The notes under the pieces: generated by a model
Database searches by the model: none
Told to the model about the DNA's origin: nothing
What the model saw: the letters and a program-made list of their open reading frames with translations, nothing else
Assembly: GCA_963693365.1 (NCBI GenBank)
Contig: CAVNZM010000014.1
Coordinates: 5,766,001-5,830,000, forward strand
Reading direction: 5' to 3'
Length of the DNA stretch: 64,000 bases
Source: Amoebidium appalachense
Lineage: Eukaryota > Protista > Ichthyosporea
Translations under genes and position numbers: made by a program
Shown: one piece after another, positions 1-15,178 of the stretch
Layout of the letters: every line of letters begins with the position of its first letter
Position numbering within the stretch: position 1 is the stretch's first letter

Positions 1-291
1 GAACCCACATACCTTCATCACGCCCCTCTGCAGATACTATTCGGTGCTTTCTTTAGTGAAACACAAAAAGATCGTGTCTCACCATAATCCTAAATATGTA
101 CTAGCATAAGCTACTAAGTGTTCAACAGTGACGTTTCATCCGGTTGAATGCATTTCACCGATTGTAGTCGTCATTCTCCGAGCCGTAGGAAGTTCAAGTC
201 AACTTGGCAAATAGTAAAACACACAAATCATTCCATTCACCTGGCCAACTTTCAAACAGAATGATTGCAAGCCCTGGGCTCAGCATGTCTC

Positions 292-486
292 TCAGCATGA
301 TGATTCAGCGGCTTCCTCAAAGCGGAAGATGGCAGTCTTTTCTTCCCTGAGCTGTGATGGAGGATAAAGAGGATTTAGTACACTCCTATGAAGTGTGCAG
401 CAACACACAATGATTTAGAGTACGATTGGAATGGCATCGTGTGTACACCGTGTGGGTGGGTGATATCAGTCACCCCCCCCCCCCCC

Positions 487-517
<31 letters not shown>

Positions 518-680
518 CCCCCCCCCCCCCCTCTCTCTCTCCCCCCCCCCCCCCCCTCCCTCCCCTCCATCCCTCCCCCACTCCCTACCTCTATACCTAC
601 CTACTTCCCTCCTTCTCCATCTCTCTCCCTCTCACCACTCCTTCTTTCTGTTCCTCTCTCTGTGTTGAGTGTGTGTGTGT

Positions 681-779
<99 letters not shown>

Positions 780-965
780 CGCCTGGGAAAACTAAATGCT
801 TAAAGTTGCACAAATCTAATCAGTGTGCACTGCCCATCAATGCACCCATATTCAGGCAGCTGGCAGAAGTGTGCATGGTGACGGACATGATCGTAGGACT
901 AGAGAAGGTGGAGAAGTCTTCAATTATTGTTATAATAAAAAGTTTTATTTTTATTTCTATTTTTC

Positions 966-1034
<69 letters not shown>

Positions 1035-1653
1035 GGGGGAGGCAGTGGATGCACAAACCTCATGCTCAAAGTACTTCGTGTCAAGAGGGCCGTCCAAACG
1101 TGGCACAAACGGTGGGCTCAATCGACTGTTATCGACGTCATCCCACGACAAAGACGCAAAAAACGGGTGTGATCTTGCCGATTGCGATGTAAATCTCCGG
1201 CTGGGGTCCTTGGTCAAAAGCCCCCTGATGAGGTGGTGAGCTTGTGGGTCCACGTAGCTGGGAATAGTCACGTGACTCTGTAGTTTCCGGGGGTTAGATG
1301 GTGTTAGTTTATTTTTTTATTGCATCACTTTGGGGTTGGATTATTCCCTCTAATTCGCTGCCCCTTTTTTGACAAACCCCCCTTCTCCCCCCCCTCCCCC
1401 CTCCCCCCTTCCCCTCTCCTTCCCCCCTCTCCTCTTGTTTTTTCTTTTTTTTTATTGCCATCTTCGAGAGGAGAAGGGGGAGAAGGGGGGAGGGGGTGGG
1501 GGTGGGGAACGTTCAAGAAATTCGAAATGCAAACAGTATTGCATTTTTTTCTCCTTTCTTACTCTCTTTCATTCTATTTTCCGCAGCGGGGGAAGCGGGG
1601 GGGGGGGGGGGAGGGGGGGGGATGGGGAGAGGGTTTGGGGTTGTTAGGCAAGT

Positions 1654-1750
<97 letters not shown>

Positions 1751-1991
1751 GTGTGGGTGTGCGTGGGCCGTGCACGCGCGCAGTGTGTGTGTGCGTGTGC
1801 ATGTACATGTGCATGTGCTTGTGTGCGTGCGTGCATGCCTGCGTGCGTGTGTGCGTGCGTGCACGTGCGCGCGCACGTGTCTTCCTTTCTTTCCGAGAGT
1901 CTTCTTTCCTTCTTTCCTTCTTTCTTTCTTGTTTTATCTTGTTTTATTTATTTTATTTTTTTTGGTGGGGGGGGCGGGAGGGGGGAGGGAT

Positions 1992-2030
<39 letters not shown>

Positions 2031-2589
2031 CACATACCTTCAACACCTGCACAAACAGTGTCACCGTGTTGTCAGCCGCAAACGGCGGTGCCCCCGTCAG
2101 CAACTCATACACGAAATTTCCAAACGCCCACATGTCAGCCCGGTGGTCGTAACCGGCCTTTCTGATCATTTCTGGGGGGATGTAGCTCGATGTGCCACAC
2201 ATTGTGTACGCGCGGTCGTCTCGGTCGAGGAATTTGGCGGCGCCAAAATCGACCAATCGTATGTGACCGTCCGCTCCGATCATCACGTTTTCGGGCTGCA
2301 TGAAGTAGGGCTCGGTTAGAAAAGTTTTTTTAATGATACTCACTTAAACTCTAGTACCCCTTTTAGGTTCTTAGAAATTTCTTCAGCCAAAACAAGAAGT
2401 AAAACAACAACACAACTAAAACAACTCGGCTTAAAAAAAATGAACTTCTCTGAAGAATCAGTTATTTAGCGACTTCTCTCCCTTTGCTGACGCCGTTCTT
2501 TCTCTTTCTTTCTGTCTGTCTGTCGGTCTGTCTGTCTTTCTCCCCGCTTCCCTTTTTCTTTCTTTCTTTCTTTCCTTCCTTCCTTCCTC

Positions 2590-2634
<45 letters not shown>

Positions 2635-3886
2635 CCCCCCCCCCCCCCCCCTCTTTTTTTTCCCCTTTTCTTTCTTTCTATTTCTTTTCTTTCTCTTTTC
2701 TTTTCGGGGGGGGAGGGGGGGGGGGGGAGGGGGGGGGGGGGGGAGGGAGGATATCTTCACAAGATACCCACCTTCAGGTCGCGGTATACAATGGCCGGTC
2801 TAGCCACATAGTGCAAGTAGTAGAGTGCAGACAGTACCTCGGCAGCATAAAACCGAGCATTGGTCAGGCAGAAACCCCCGTGTGTTGCATCGATGTAGTC
2901 GTAAAGCTCGCCGCCTGGCGCATACTCGAGGATGAAGTATGCGTGGTGGTAGTCTTGGAACGCACCGTGTAGTCGCACCTAGAAAAACAAAAAAAAATTT
3001 AAACGTTAGCGACTCATGGCAGGAATAGTGGTTGAGACAAACACCAGTATATATTCGCTCTGTTCGCCAGGTCATTAAAAAGAGTTATACTGAACAGATA
3101 CCAGCTGCAGCCAGCCCCAAACACTGGTAAAGCTTATATTTCACGCAAAAATACCACCCGCCCAGGTAGCACACAGTATAGTGACATGCAACGGCACACA
3201 AACTGACATTTTGGCTATGACACATAAGCACGTGCACACGTGCACACGTGCACACACTTTCAAGCCCACATATAAGCAACACTAACGTTTGCGCTAAAAA
3301 CCTGAAAGTCCATAAAGATCTTCACTCGTGGTGTTGACCCTGGGCTAGGTGTGTTGGACTACTAGTAGTTAGGTTTGGCGACGATGTGTTAGCTTAACTG
3401 ATTGCACCTTTAGCATCCTAGGCTATAGGGTACGGTCGGTGCTGTTTGGAAGACGGTAGTTCCTATGAGGGCCCCCAGGGGGGTCCCCCCAAAGGCAAAC
3501 CGGGGTAAAATAAAAAAAAATAAAAACCAAAAATCTTCACTTACCACAAAACGACAACCTGCCGAGTGTGCCAAAGCCAACAGTTCCGTCGCCAGCTGTT
3601 TCTGACCTATCAGCCCATTTTTCCTCACCGCCTTAACCACTACAGGCTTGCTTGTCTCCTTGTGCACACATAAAACGGCACGTCCAAACGTCCCCTGGCC
3701 CAAAGTCTCAACTGAGGCGAAGTCATTGCATGTTGTGTCAGTGGTGAAGAGGCTGGTGGGTAGCATCACAGTGCGCATGTATGCGTGATTTTGCCCATCT
3801 GATGTTGCGGAGGCACCTGCTTCTGTAGCTTTCCTTCTTCCTTTAAGGTCCCCTTGCCTGTCCATTGTATCGACCGTGCAGGTCAT
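292..3886 (-). CDS. AGC-family Ser/Thr kinase (PKA/PRKX-like), 5 exons: 3886-3545, 2978-2772, 2295-2038, 1277-1059 and probable last exon 351-292
   Basis: GT-AG splicing joins LGQGTFGRAV, VVVK, YRDLK|PEN, DFG, TMCGTSSYIPPE, DMWAFG and the AGC tail PPFVPRLDGPLDTKYF. The last exon is uncertain: I chose the acceptor before 351 because it has TACTAA, a pyrimidine tract and CAG; exons starting at 917 or 898 are alternatives. Confidence 0.88.
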
Positions 3887-5384
3887 TATTCTGGATGTGT
3901 AGTAGTCGAGTTGAGGGATCTTAAAGTTCTATTACAGATAAGTGTAGGACTGGTCAAGAGAGTGCATGCGCATGTAAGCTACGGGAATTGGTTTCACGTG
4001 AGTTGTGTTTTATGGCATAGGTGTTAGGAGCGAGCCGTAAATTGATAAGTTCTTGGGCAATGAATGTGACTGAACTCCGAAAGTCCGGATACTGATAGGC
4101 ACATGGGCAGTCACCATCGTCTGGAGCACTTGCTAAATCCTTCTAAATGCAAATGGCGCTGATGTGCCGAGTGTCTTAAAGACTCATACTACATATGATG
4201 GGGCCCAATAAAAAGTGACAGTAACTGTAAATTACCTACACTTACGATTCGTTCGCCTGCTTTCCTTATTGTTTTGGGTTCGTTGTTCCCGCAGAGTTAG
4301 AACTGCGTCACTCCAGCAGAATGGATAGCGTTATCGCTAACTGAGGGCGTTGTCTTGTGTTCGCGACAGTTCGGTAGGAATGCCAAATTAAAGAAATCGA
4401 TGATACCTTGGATTTAGAAGATTGGTTGCTTGTCATCGGTCAAATCATCAACACAAAAAATAAACAATGAAACATATATCACGCTGTAAATATTAGCTGC
4501 TTTAGATGATGTTTTGATTGCTTACCATGTAGACTATAGCACTAATTAGCCTAATTTAGGTCTGGACCTAAGGCATCAACATCGACTCGACGAGCGTGCC
4601 GCTGGCCAAGTTGAGCCTTGGGCGGTCCCGGTGTGATTGGATTGGTAGTTTATTCTTACCTATTTAGGAAATTTACCTAGCGAGTTGCTCGCTAGTTACA
4701 CTGTCATCTTTAAACCTGAAATTATTGATCTCACACAGACAGCCGCATTCCTGTGAAAAGGGCAGGGTTTGCCTTACGAATCGTATCGGCCCAAAATACG
4801 ATTCCTTAAGCACAGGGGCCAAACCGGTTAGCACTGTAGGGTGCCGTATTCGCCGTTCAACGCCACCTTAAACCCGAAAAAAGCCACTTGACGTGGAGCG
4901 CCAGGTCCACTGAACTCAGGGCCAGTGGACCTAAACACCATAAATATATATTTATAACCCAGTGGAGTGGAAGTGGAATACAGGCAAAGTTGCCAAAATA
5001 TATATGCGCCACCTTTCAAACAAGCCACCACTCCTAAAACATATTTCAAGCCCTGACATACAGCCAATCGTGTGCGTTTCCGATGGCTGTCATTGCTGAT
5101 AACGATTAAGGAGAGCCAATGGGCGTCAAGACTCGCACAACCGCATATGCGTTGCGATCTGTGACGCCACGGCATCTTATCGAAGTTTTTCTTCTCTGAG
5201 TCTAGATCTTTTTTATTGTTATTGTTCTCTCCTCCGGGCAGCCACGTGCATTTGCTGTCGTGGTTGATTATGCTTCATGTTTCATCTGCAATGCCCCCAT
5301 ATCAGCCACAGAAGTTCATGGGTTCCCTGCTGGTCACGTCCGACCAGCATGCAAAATTTCACGTGTGCCGCACAGGCGCACACA

Positions 5385-5780
5385 GGCACCGTTCCAGCGT
5401 CCCGCGTTGTGGCCGCACATCGCAGATGGCAGCGTTTGTGTGCATAGTCTGCACACTGCACAGTGACATCACTTGGCGCATGGACAGATCTCAAATGATA
5501 CCCTTGAAACATAGAGACTGGGTTGGAGATGAGAGAGAGAGGTCCGAGGCTGCGCAGAGATAATGATTGTCACACGTCTGTCATGATAGATAATGGAGCC
5601 TCGACCGTCAATCAACGACAACTTGCTTTTGAGACGTGTGCTCGTACGCGTGTGATACAGCGCATGCGCATGGTTTTATGTCCATGCGCCAAGTGATGTC
5701 ACTGTGCAGTGTGCAGACTATGCACACAAACGCTGCCATCTGCGATGTGCGGCCACAACGCGGGACGCTGGAACGGTGCC
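5385..5780. repeat. Perfect 102-bp inverted repeat (arms 5385-5486 and 5679-5780, 192-bp spacer)
   Basis: GGCACCGTTCCAGCG...GCGCATGGACA is the exact reverse complement of TGTCCATGCGC...CGCTGGAACGGTGCC. Confidence 0.93.
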
Positions 5781-6179
5781 GCCTATACGTACCATCAACT
5801 TATCACACCTCGTTTAAATTTCGTCACTCGCCTGCGCAGGATCAGTCGCCGCCGGGGGCCGTCACGCCACGCGAACGGTCTGTCTGTCTGTGGTGACGGA
5901 CGTCCCTGGCGGTTATGTGGGCTTACATGATTGTTGTGCACACGTGCAAGCATGCGCACCGGTACCCGGCCCTGGGTGCATGTCACAGACAACAAGACGT
6001 CGGTGCCGAGCGCAGAGCGGGAACAAGGCTGTTGTGTAACATGCTGTTCTGTACCAAGAGGTCGACGAGAACGTTATGCTGTACAATGCTCTAACCTAGA
6101 AATAAATAAAACACAGCTCGCAGTCCTCATGTACGTGTCACACGTGTACACACTGAACCGTACACATACAGGTCAACAC

Positions 6180-7115
<936 letters not shown>

Positions 7116-7199
7116 TTCAACTTTTATATTTGCACGTGTGATGTATCATACTGAGCGATCATTATGAGAATTGACAGGCTACATGTCACTGATGCGGGC

Positions 7200-7233
<34 letters not shown>

Positions 7234-7658
7234 ACCACCACCACTCCTCCTAAAGCCCCCCTCCCCCGGGCCCCCAGCTCCCCTCCCCCCCCCAAAGCTC
7301 CCCCCAACACCTCCCTCCCCCCATATTCCCCCTCGCTCTACACCCCCTGGGGTCTTTTACACTTATCACACTCAAAAAAAAAAATCGTTCTGCAGTGGCG
7401 CGCATATGTAGGCCTCCCTCCACCACCACGGTATGCAATACTTTTTTCTAGAAATGTCAGTCCGGGAATACTGGTATCACCACTGCTCCACCAAGTTGAC
7501 ATTGGCAAGGCCGTGCACACTGCAATTACTGCCACGATTTTCCTTTTCCGCTTTTCATCTCACTTCCCGTGTCTCCCTATCTACTAAGTCTGCCTCATTC
7601 TCTTTCATTCCCCCTCTCTCTCTAGCTCTCTTTCTGACCTCTCTCTCTCTTCTTCCCC

Positions 7659-7696
<38 letters not shown>

Positions 7697-7984
7697 CGTG
7701 CCCCGCCCCTCCTTCCCTCTCTGGCACACATAAGTGCATGCACAAACGTCACCAACAGCACACATACATACCCGTAGTACAGTGTGCACACACGCCGTGT
7801 CATAGTAGACATGTGAACTGGTCAAAAAGACACAGGCAGAAACTAAACAGGTTGCTAAAGGTACTCACGGAAATACACAAACACAACTTGAACACACCGT
7901 AGGACGCGCACACGGACATACACACCGTGGCATACACGCATGCACGTGCACGCACAAAGCGTGCGCACACGCACGCACGCACGT

Positions 7985-8034
<50 letters not shown>

Positions 8035-8856
8035 GGCGGGGGCGGGGGAGAGGGGGGGGGGGGGGGGGGCACCTCCCTTTCGAAAGCGACCCCCCCCCCC
8101 CCCCCCCCCCCCTCCCCCTCCGGGATCACGGGAAGGCTTGGCTACAGATGCCGTCCGGCTTCATATCAATCAAATTTTGAAATCACACAAAGAACCGCCG
8201 GCCCGTTGCTAGCGGCCAAGCTTGTGGATTTCTTTAAATTTAAGAACACATGTACATGCACCGTGGCGAGACCATATATATGGGATGTTCTTATTGACAG
8301 ACTGGGCCGTTTCAAATTCCCGCCCGACCTCCCGCCTTCCCCCCCTCCCTCCCCCCCCCCCCCCCCCGCATTTATGCCCCCCCCCCCCCCCCCCCCCCCC
8401 CTTCCCCTCCCCCCCATTTTAAGTGATGCCCCCCCCCCCCCCCCCCCCCCCCCTCCCTGCAGCCCTTCCCCCACCCCGGCCACCCCTCAAAAGAAGGAGG
8501 GGCCACTACATAAGAAAATGAGAAGGGCTGTGCCAAAACGTAAGAACATCATCACGACTACATACTTGGTATTTAAATTTGGCATGGGGGGTTCTTATCT
8601 CCCAGGCGGCATCGATCTGTACCTACTGCGAGGCGGAGTTAATACTATACACATGTGTTCAAATTCGAACACATTAATTTTGCACTTTGCAACCCTTGAA
8701 CAAAGACATGTGCTCAAATTGATGTGCAACCAGTCCAGCGCAGACTCTATAGCATTTCCGATCACTAACGGATTAATAATTTAAGTTTCGTGGGGTGGGA
8801 GAGGAGGGGGTGGGGTGGAGGGAGAGGGGCACCGCCAAAGGGATTTTCATCCGGGA

Positions 8857-8896
<40 letters not shown>

Positions 8897-9088
8897 TGGC
8901 AGTCAGAAGGAGGGGTATACATCACAAGAAAGTTTGGATTTTATCCACTACCCCTCCCCCCTCCCCTCTTCCCCCCACCCCGCCCCTCCCCCGGGAAGGG
9001 AAACCACCTGAGCTGCTAATATAATTGACCAGGGCGGTGGGTTACGCAGCCAAATATAGGGCTGAGAGGTTCTGGTCCTCCCCCCCCC

Positions 9089-9120
<32 letters not shown>

Positions 9121-9186
9121 TTTTTCCTTCCGGCCCCACCAGTGAATTACGCATGTCAGGCAGACACAACACCAACTAACAACATC

Positions 9187-9324
<138 letters not shown>

Positions 9325-10705
9325 TGCAGGCACACACGACATGCACACACGCACCCACATACACAGTGTCACGATTACGGACACTCTTACACACACACAC
9401 ATCATGAGAACGATAACAATACCCCGATCAAGAAGTAGGTAATTCTACATGGAACAAATCGAACAAGATGGTGGGCGAGGGCAAAGGGGAAGAGAGATGT
9501 TTAAAACGGAGTCGTGCAGGAAGGAAAGGAGAAGGGGGAGGAGTCCTATATCATAGGCCGGTTCACCGATGACAGCTGGGCAGCCTGGGAGGAAGTGCAC
9601 GTGGTGGTTTTTTTTCTTTTTTTTTTTGGGTGGGGGGGGGGGGGGGGAGGGGGGAGTTGGGGTCGAAAGGGTCATCCTGATACTTGATGCTGCTCTGCAC
9701 ACACGTACTTGTCTATGTGTTGGATGTGTGCAACTTTTGTGTCCTTGTGTTGTTGGTGTTGGTAGTAATACATGCATGCTTCAACGTAATGATGTGTTCG
9801 CGGCGGCGGCGGGGGTTGGGGGGGTTGGGGGGGGGGGGGGGGGGGGGATGGGGGATGGGTTGGGAGGAACATAGGAGTTGGGCTTGTTGTAGGGGGGGGG
9901 GGGGGGGGAGGGAGGGGGAGGGGGGAGGGGGTGGAGGGGGATGAGGGGGTTTGGGTTGAGATAGTGCTTAAAGACTGTACACAAACATTTGAGCAACCAC
10001 ATGCCTGGCAGTCGTGCTTACTGTAGCCTGGCACAGATATCACGTGATAGCTAGGCACGCCTTTATTTTTGTTACGAGAATAGAGCGTCTACACATGTAG
10101 GCAACATTCACAAGCTTCAGTTTGCTGTTTCCGTCCCCCTTTAGCGTAAAAAGCTGCAGTAGGAACTCTGAAATTATACACTGTATGTAGTTGCTAGGCA
10201 GTCATGTGGGAATCGAAACGAGGTGAGAAAAACGAACTGAACTCGGATGAAAAAAATATATCTAATGCGAGAATTTAATGAAGACACCCCATATTTGCAT
10301 ATCTGTGAAGCCCACAACCCTACCATGGGCCGCTACATACTAACATACAATCCAAGAGCAGTTATGCATGACAATAAATCAGCTGGAAAACAAATCAATC
10401 AAATCCACAAAAAAAAAAATGAGACAACAAGAAAGAAAAATATCACAAAAGCGAACATCAACACTCCAGCCACCACTTAAATTGCCCATCATATTGCAGT
10501 GCAATGCATACTGTCAAAGGGCACACTTAAAGGCCACACTTAAAGGCCTACCACACTATGGTAGGTTTATCATCATCCCTAATTGGTGAAAAATCGGCAC
10601 CTTGCTAGTTCAACCCCCCCCCCCCCCCCCCCCTCTCCTCCTCCCCCTCCCCCCTCCTTCTCCTTCTCCTTCTCCTCCTCCTCTTCTTCTTCTTCTTCTC
10701 TCTCT

Positions 10706-10737
<32 letters not shown>

Positions 10738-11219
10738 TCCCCAACCCCCCCCCCCCCCCCTTCACTCTGTCTCCTCCCCTATTCAACCCCCCCCCCCCCC
10801 TTTAAGGCATCCCCCCCCCCCCCCCCCTCTCCCTCCTTTTTCTTTGCTGTCATGCAGATTAACTTTTTTTTTCTAACTAAACGAAGGAGAGAAAGTAAGG
10901 AAGAAATGAGCACATATAAAACAAGGAAAAAAGACAGAAAGAACCAAAAAAAAAGTATCTCCTTTTCGAATACGGACTCCCTCCTCCCCCCCCCCCCACC
11001 CCCCCTCCCCCCTCCCCTCCCCCCCCCCCCCCCGCACCCACCCCCCACCCGTACCCGGAGGCCCGACCCGCTCCTCTTCAAAGGCACCACAAGTTCTTCA
11101 CAAGCCCAACACACACAGGTCCGCACACCTGCCCCTACCAGCCATAAGATCACCACTTCTGCACCCAAAAAAAAAACCCCCGTGGAACAAAGAACCCCTT
11201 CCCCATATCCCCCCCCCCC

Positions 11220-11250
<31 letters not shown>

Positions 11251-11966
11251 ACCCGTCCTACAACCCCTCGGATAATCGCTACCTGTGCCCAGAAGCAAAC
11301 GAACAACACGAAGACTAAAAAAAAAAAAAAAAAGAGCAATTTCGAAAAGCCCTGCGTGTGATGGCCAGTTGTCCAGTTTTCTGCATTGCCGCAACAAAAC
11401 CAAACGCAAAAGAAAGGGCAAGGAAATCACGGAGAGGACATGCAGGAGAGCTAATGAGACGGCAACACGACGTGGTGCAAGTGTGTAGTGAGGAACCAAA
11501 GAAAAAGGAACAGGGGAGGAGGAGGAGGAGGAAGAGAAAGAGAATGGTGGTTATGGTGGTGGGGTTGGCGGGGGAATAGAACTTGCCCGTGCAAGGAAAA
11601 ACGGAGAGAAACAGCCAGATAAAGGTTGGGTGGTTGCAAATGGGAACAAAACTCGTCAACCTCAATATTAGGGAATGAAACATAAGGCAGCGTCATCTGC
11701 CACTTACAGGAACCTGCGAAGATTGTGGCAAAGCTAAGAGGTGTTCGAGGGGTAAAAATTGGACTAAACGGAGGAAGAAAAGGAGGAAAAGGAGGGAGGA
11801 GGGAGGAAGGGAGTGAGGGGGGAAAGGGGATGGAGCCAAGTTTTACGGTTTTCGGCCGGCTCAATTAATCGATGCTGATCACAACCAAATCAATGCTTCA
11901 GTAGTGAAGTCTTTTGACAAGCTGATTTCGCACAGACTTTGAGTTGATCAACACAACAGCCAACAC

Positions 11967-12377
11967 ATGAACCGTTTCACGCGAGCTCCCAAAGTTCGAA
12001 GCCCTACTAACGGACAACCCTCCTTATCGGATCCAGAAAATTTCAAAGTGGAGACTTATAGCACTCCAAACTGCATGGCCCCATTGGCCACCGGCCACGA
12101 CTTCAAGTGTGATCCTGCCACGTGCGACTGTGACCTCAGCCGCCGTATGGTAAACTATACTTCTATTTTCAAGGGTATGAGTTGGCGCGTGATCAGTCGC
12201 TTCGGAAGGAAAGTTTTGTCAGCCTTGAAAAATAAGAGCTATGTAGGTACCTTAGTAGCAGAGTGTGACCATATCGATATCCAGTCCCGTTACTTTGTTG
12301 GTGCATTAGTCTGCCAAACAAATGACGTAACATACACGAAGAAGATTTTCCACTTACATGATAACATTCTTTCATAG
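11967..12377 (+). CDS. Hypothetical 136-aa intronless protein, no recognised domain
   Basis: ATG-initiated ORF in non-repetitive sequence with ordinary composition and several Cys; no homology recognised. Confidence 0.45.
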   Translation: MNRFTRAPKVRSPTNGQPSLSDPENFKVETYSTPNCMAPLATGHDFKCDPATCDCDLSRRMVNYTSIFKGMSWRVISRFGRKVLSALKNKSYVGTLVAECDHIDIQSRYFVGALVCQTNDVTYTKKIFHLHDNILS

Positions 12378-12982
12378 AGTTAACAAATTTAGACTACACC
12401 AAAGGGTTGAAAAGCCGGCCATGCCAACGGTGATCATGACTCAAAACTCAAAAAAACGTTGTGTCAAGTTCGCTCGTGTGGAGAAAGCTTGTACTCGAAC
12501 AGAATCATAGAATCTTTTTTTGTTTTTTAATTTCAAACCCGCAATAGCTTAGTCCACCTGTGAAGCAGACAGCTTCTTCTTTGGCACTTTCATTGTGCAG
12601 CTGAGTTTCTTTGATTCTCTCTCATGTTATGCTTGTGTCCTTCAAAGTTGTCACCCTTACCACCTACACTCAAGTGGAACCCCTGTGGGCAGTAGCGCTA
12701 AAGCGTGCGAGTGGCTTTTGGAAAGGAATTCCGGAGTCAGTTTCTAGTCGTAACACATTCAGACAAAATTACTTAGCCTAGGCCCCCAAATACCAAAGTT
12801 TCGTGAGGCTGCAGCCTACTTACCCACTTTACTCCTTCATCATAGATCGGTGAATTTCCATTAGAAACATTGACTTCACCGTCACTGTACCACACAAAGA
12901 ATGCAAGAGACAAGCATCCAGCAAACCAGGTGACACACTTCTTCCGTTCGTCCAGAAAGGAAGGGGGGAAAAAACAACGGAA

Positions 12983-13312
12983 ATGGATTACCAACTTTTT
13001 TGGGATCTAAACAAGTCCACACGTCCTTTTCCCTGCCCGCATGATGGGTGCCGGCGTGGTTTTTCACGCCAACGACACTTGTTAGAACATCTAAGGACAC
13101 ACACCGGCGAAAAACCATTTAGATGCACATGGAGAGACTGCCAAGCAACATTTACTGTTTCTGGAAGCTTGAAAAAGCACATGAGAGTGCATACGGGGGA
13201 GAAACCGTACCAATGTTCTTGGGAGGGATGTAATGCGTCTTTTTCGCTTTCAAGCAACTTGGCCAGACACGTAAGGACGCACACGGCACCTTCCAAGCAG
13301 TAAGTGATGGGG

Positions 13313-13368
<56 letters not shown>

Positions 13369-13730
13369 TCTTGTTTCACAGCCCCGCTTGCCTTGTTTTG
13401 TCTCTCTTTGCCGGGTGCCCTTCACTCTTTTTGCTTTCTTCCAAGTTCTCCCCTGTTAGAGATCTTTGTTCCATTCAGTGCATCCCCCCCCCCCCCCCCC
13501 CCCCCCCCCCCCGCCCCGCCCCTTCCCACCCATCCACCCCACCCCCTCCTCCCCACCCACCCCACCTCCCCCCCCCCCACCTCCCCCCCGCTGCCAATAA
13601 TTCGAATCATCCCCACGGCCTACCTACCCATTCGGCCCTTCCCACTTTCCAGTGCTTCTCCCTTCCTTTTGGTGAAACCGTTGCCATAGTGACTGCGCAA
13701 ACGAGGGGAACATCTGGTCCCCCCCCTTCC

Positions 13731-13795
<65 letters not shown>

Positions 13796-14116
13796 CGTTT
13801 GCCCGATCTCTAGCTCTGTGCTTCGGCTTTTCATCCCCCCCCCCTCCCCCCTCCCCCCCCCCCCCCCCCCGCCCCCTTCCCGCTTGAGCGTATCTCCTCG
13901 CATGTTAAACCACGAACGAAAGTTTAGTAGTGATTATTTTCTTAGCCTCGTCATCCCCCTCCCCAGCCGCTCCCCCCTCCCCCTTCCCCCTTGCCCCTCC
14001 CCTCCAAAGCACGTTCTTGCATATGCCCCCCTTCTTCGCCCTCCTTTCTCACGGGGGAGGAGGGGGAGAGGGGGGGGGGGGGGAGGGAGGGGGGGCACCA
14101 CACAACACATACACAA

Positions 14117-14148
<32 letters not shown>

Positions 14149-14179
14149 CATTACTCACCTGCGAACGAGCGCACGCGCG

Positions 14180-14214
<35 letters not shown>

Positions 14215-14727
14215 CACAAGCAGGCCCTTGTGCCTTTCTTTCTTTGTGCATGGCTCAACTTGTGTTTACTTATAACTTTCTTCCTTATCTTTGTCCGAGG
14301 GCCATTTTGCTTGCATGCCAACCTGCCCCCCCCCTCTCCCCGCCCCTCCTCCCCCCCTTTTCCACCTCACTTCACCCCCCGCTTCCGCACCCACACACTT
14401 AATTATTACAGACGCAAATTGTATGTTTTGAATAACTGTGCCCTCTGTATATGCTGTATATTTCTTTTTTCTCGAAATCTTTTCACTGTGCTCTAGATGT
14501 AATCGATGATGCTAGCTTTCTACCGAAAACTACCCCCTCCCCCCCCCTACCCCCCTTTTCCTCTCAAGCCACACACACACATATGCGTGTGCGCGCGCGC
14601 GCACGCACGCACACACACACACACACATACACTCACTCACTCACTCACTCACTCACTCACTCACTCACTCATACACACTCACGCCCACCCACCCACACCC
14701 ACACACACACACACACACACAGACACA

Positions 14728-14778
<51 letters not shown>

Positions 14779-15147
14779 CAACACACAGAATGACAAACTG
14801 TGGACATGTAGGTTCCGAAGATATGCTCAATTCTGTATTCTTTCTGATTGTATTATTTATTTGTTCTTTTGTTTATGTCACTACACACATCTACAATACA
14901 TGTCAACCGTCATGAGCTTGTACTTAACACTGTGTAGGACACCATCCCCCCTCCCCCCCCCCCCCCCCTAAGGGGTCGAAACTCAGACGCAATTGATGAC
15001 TTGGGTCCTCCCTGAGGATGGGCTCTGCTTATGACGCATACTGTGCACATGGCTGATGTTGCATACTTGAATGTTTGCCTTTGCATGTGTCCTGCACCAT
15101 GCTTCTCGTCGTGTATGCGTACTTTGTACCGTGTTCCGCATTCAAAA

Positions 15148-15178
<31 letters not shown>

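Noticed and set aside
4836-4990. Short imperfect inverted ends (TGCCGTATTC / GAATACAGGCA) with GCCAC motifs, MITE-like
   Set aside because: Match is too short, single copy in the window, no TSD.
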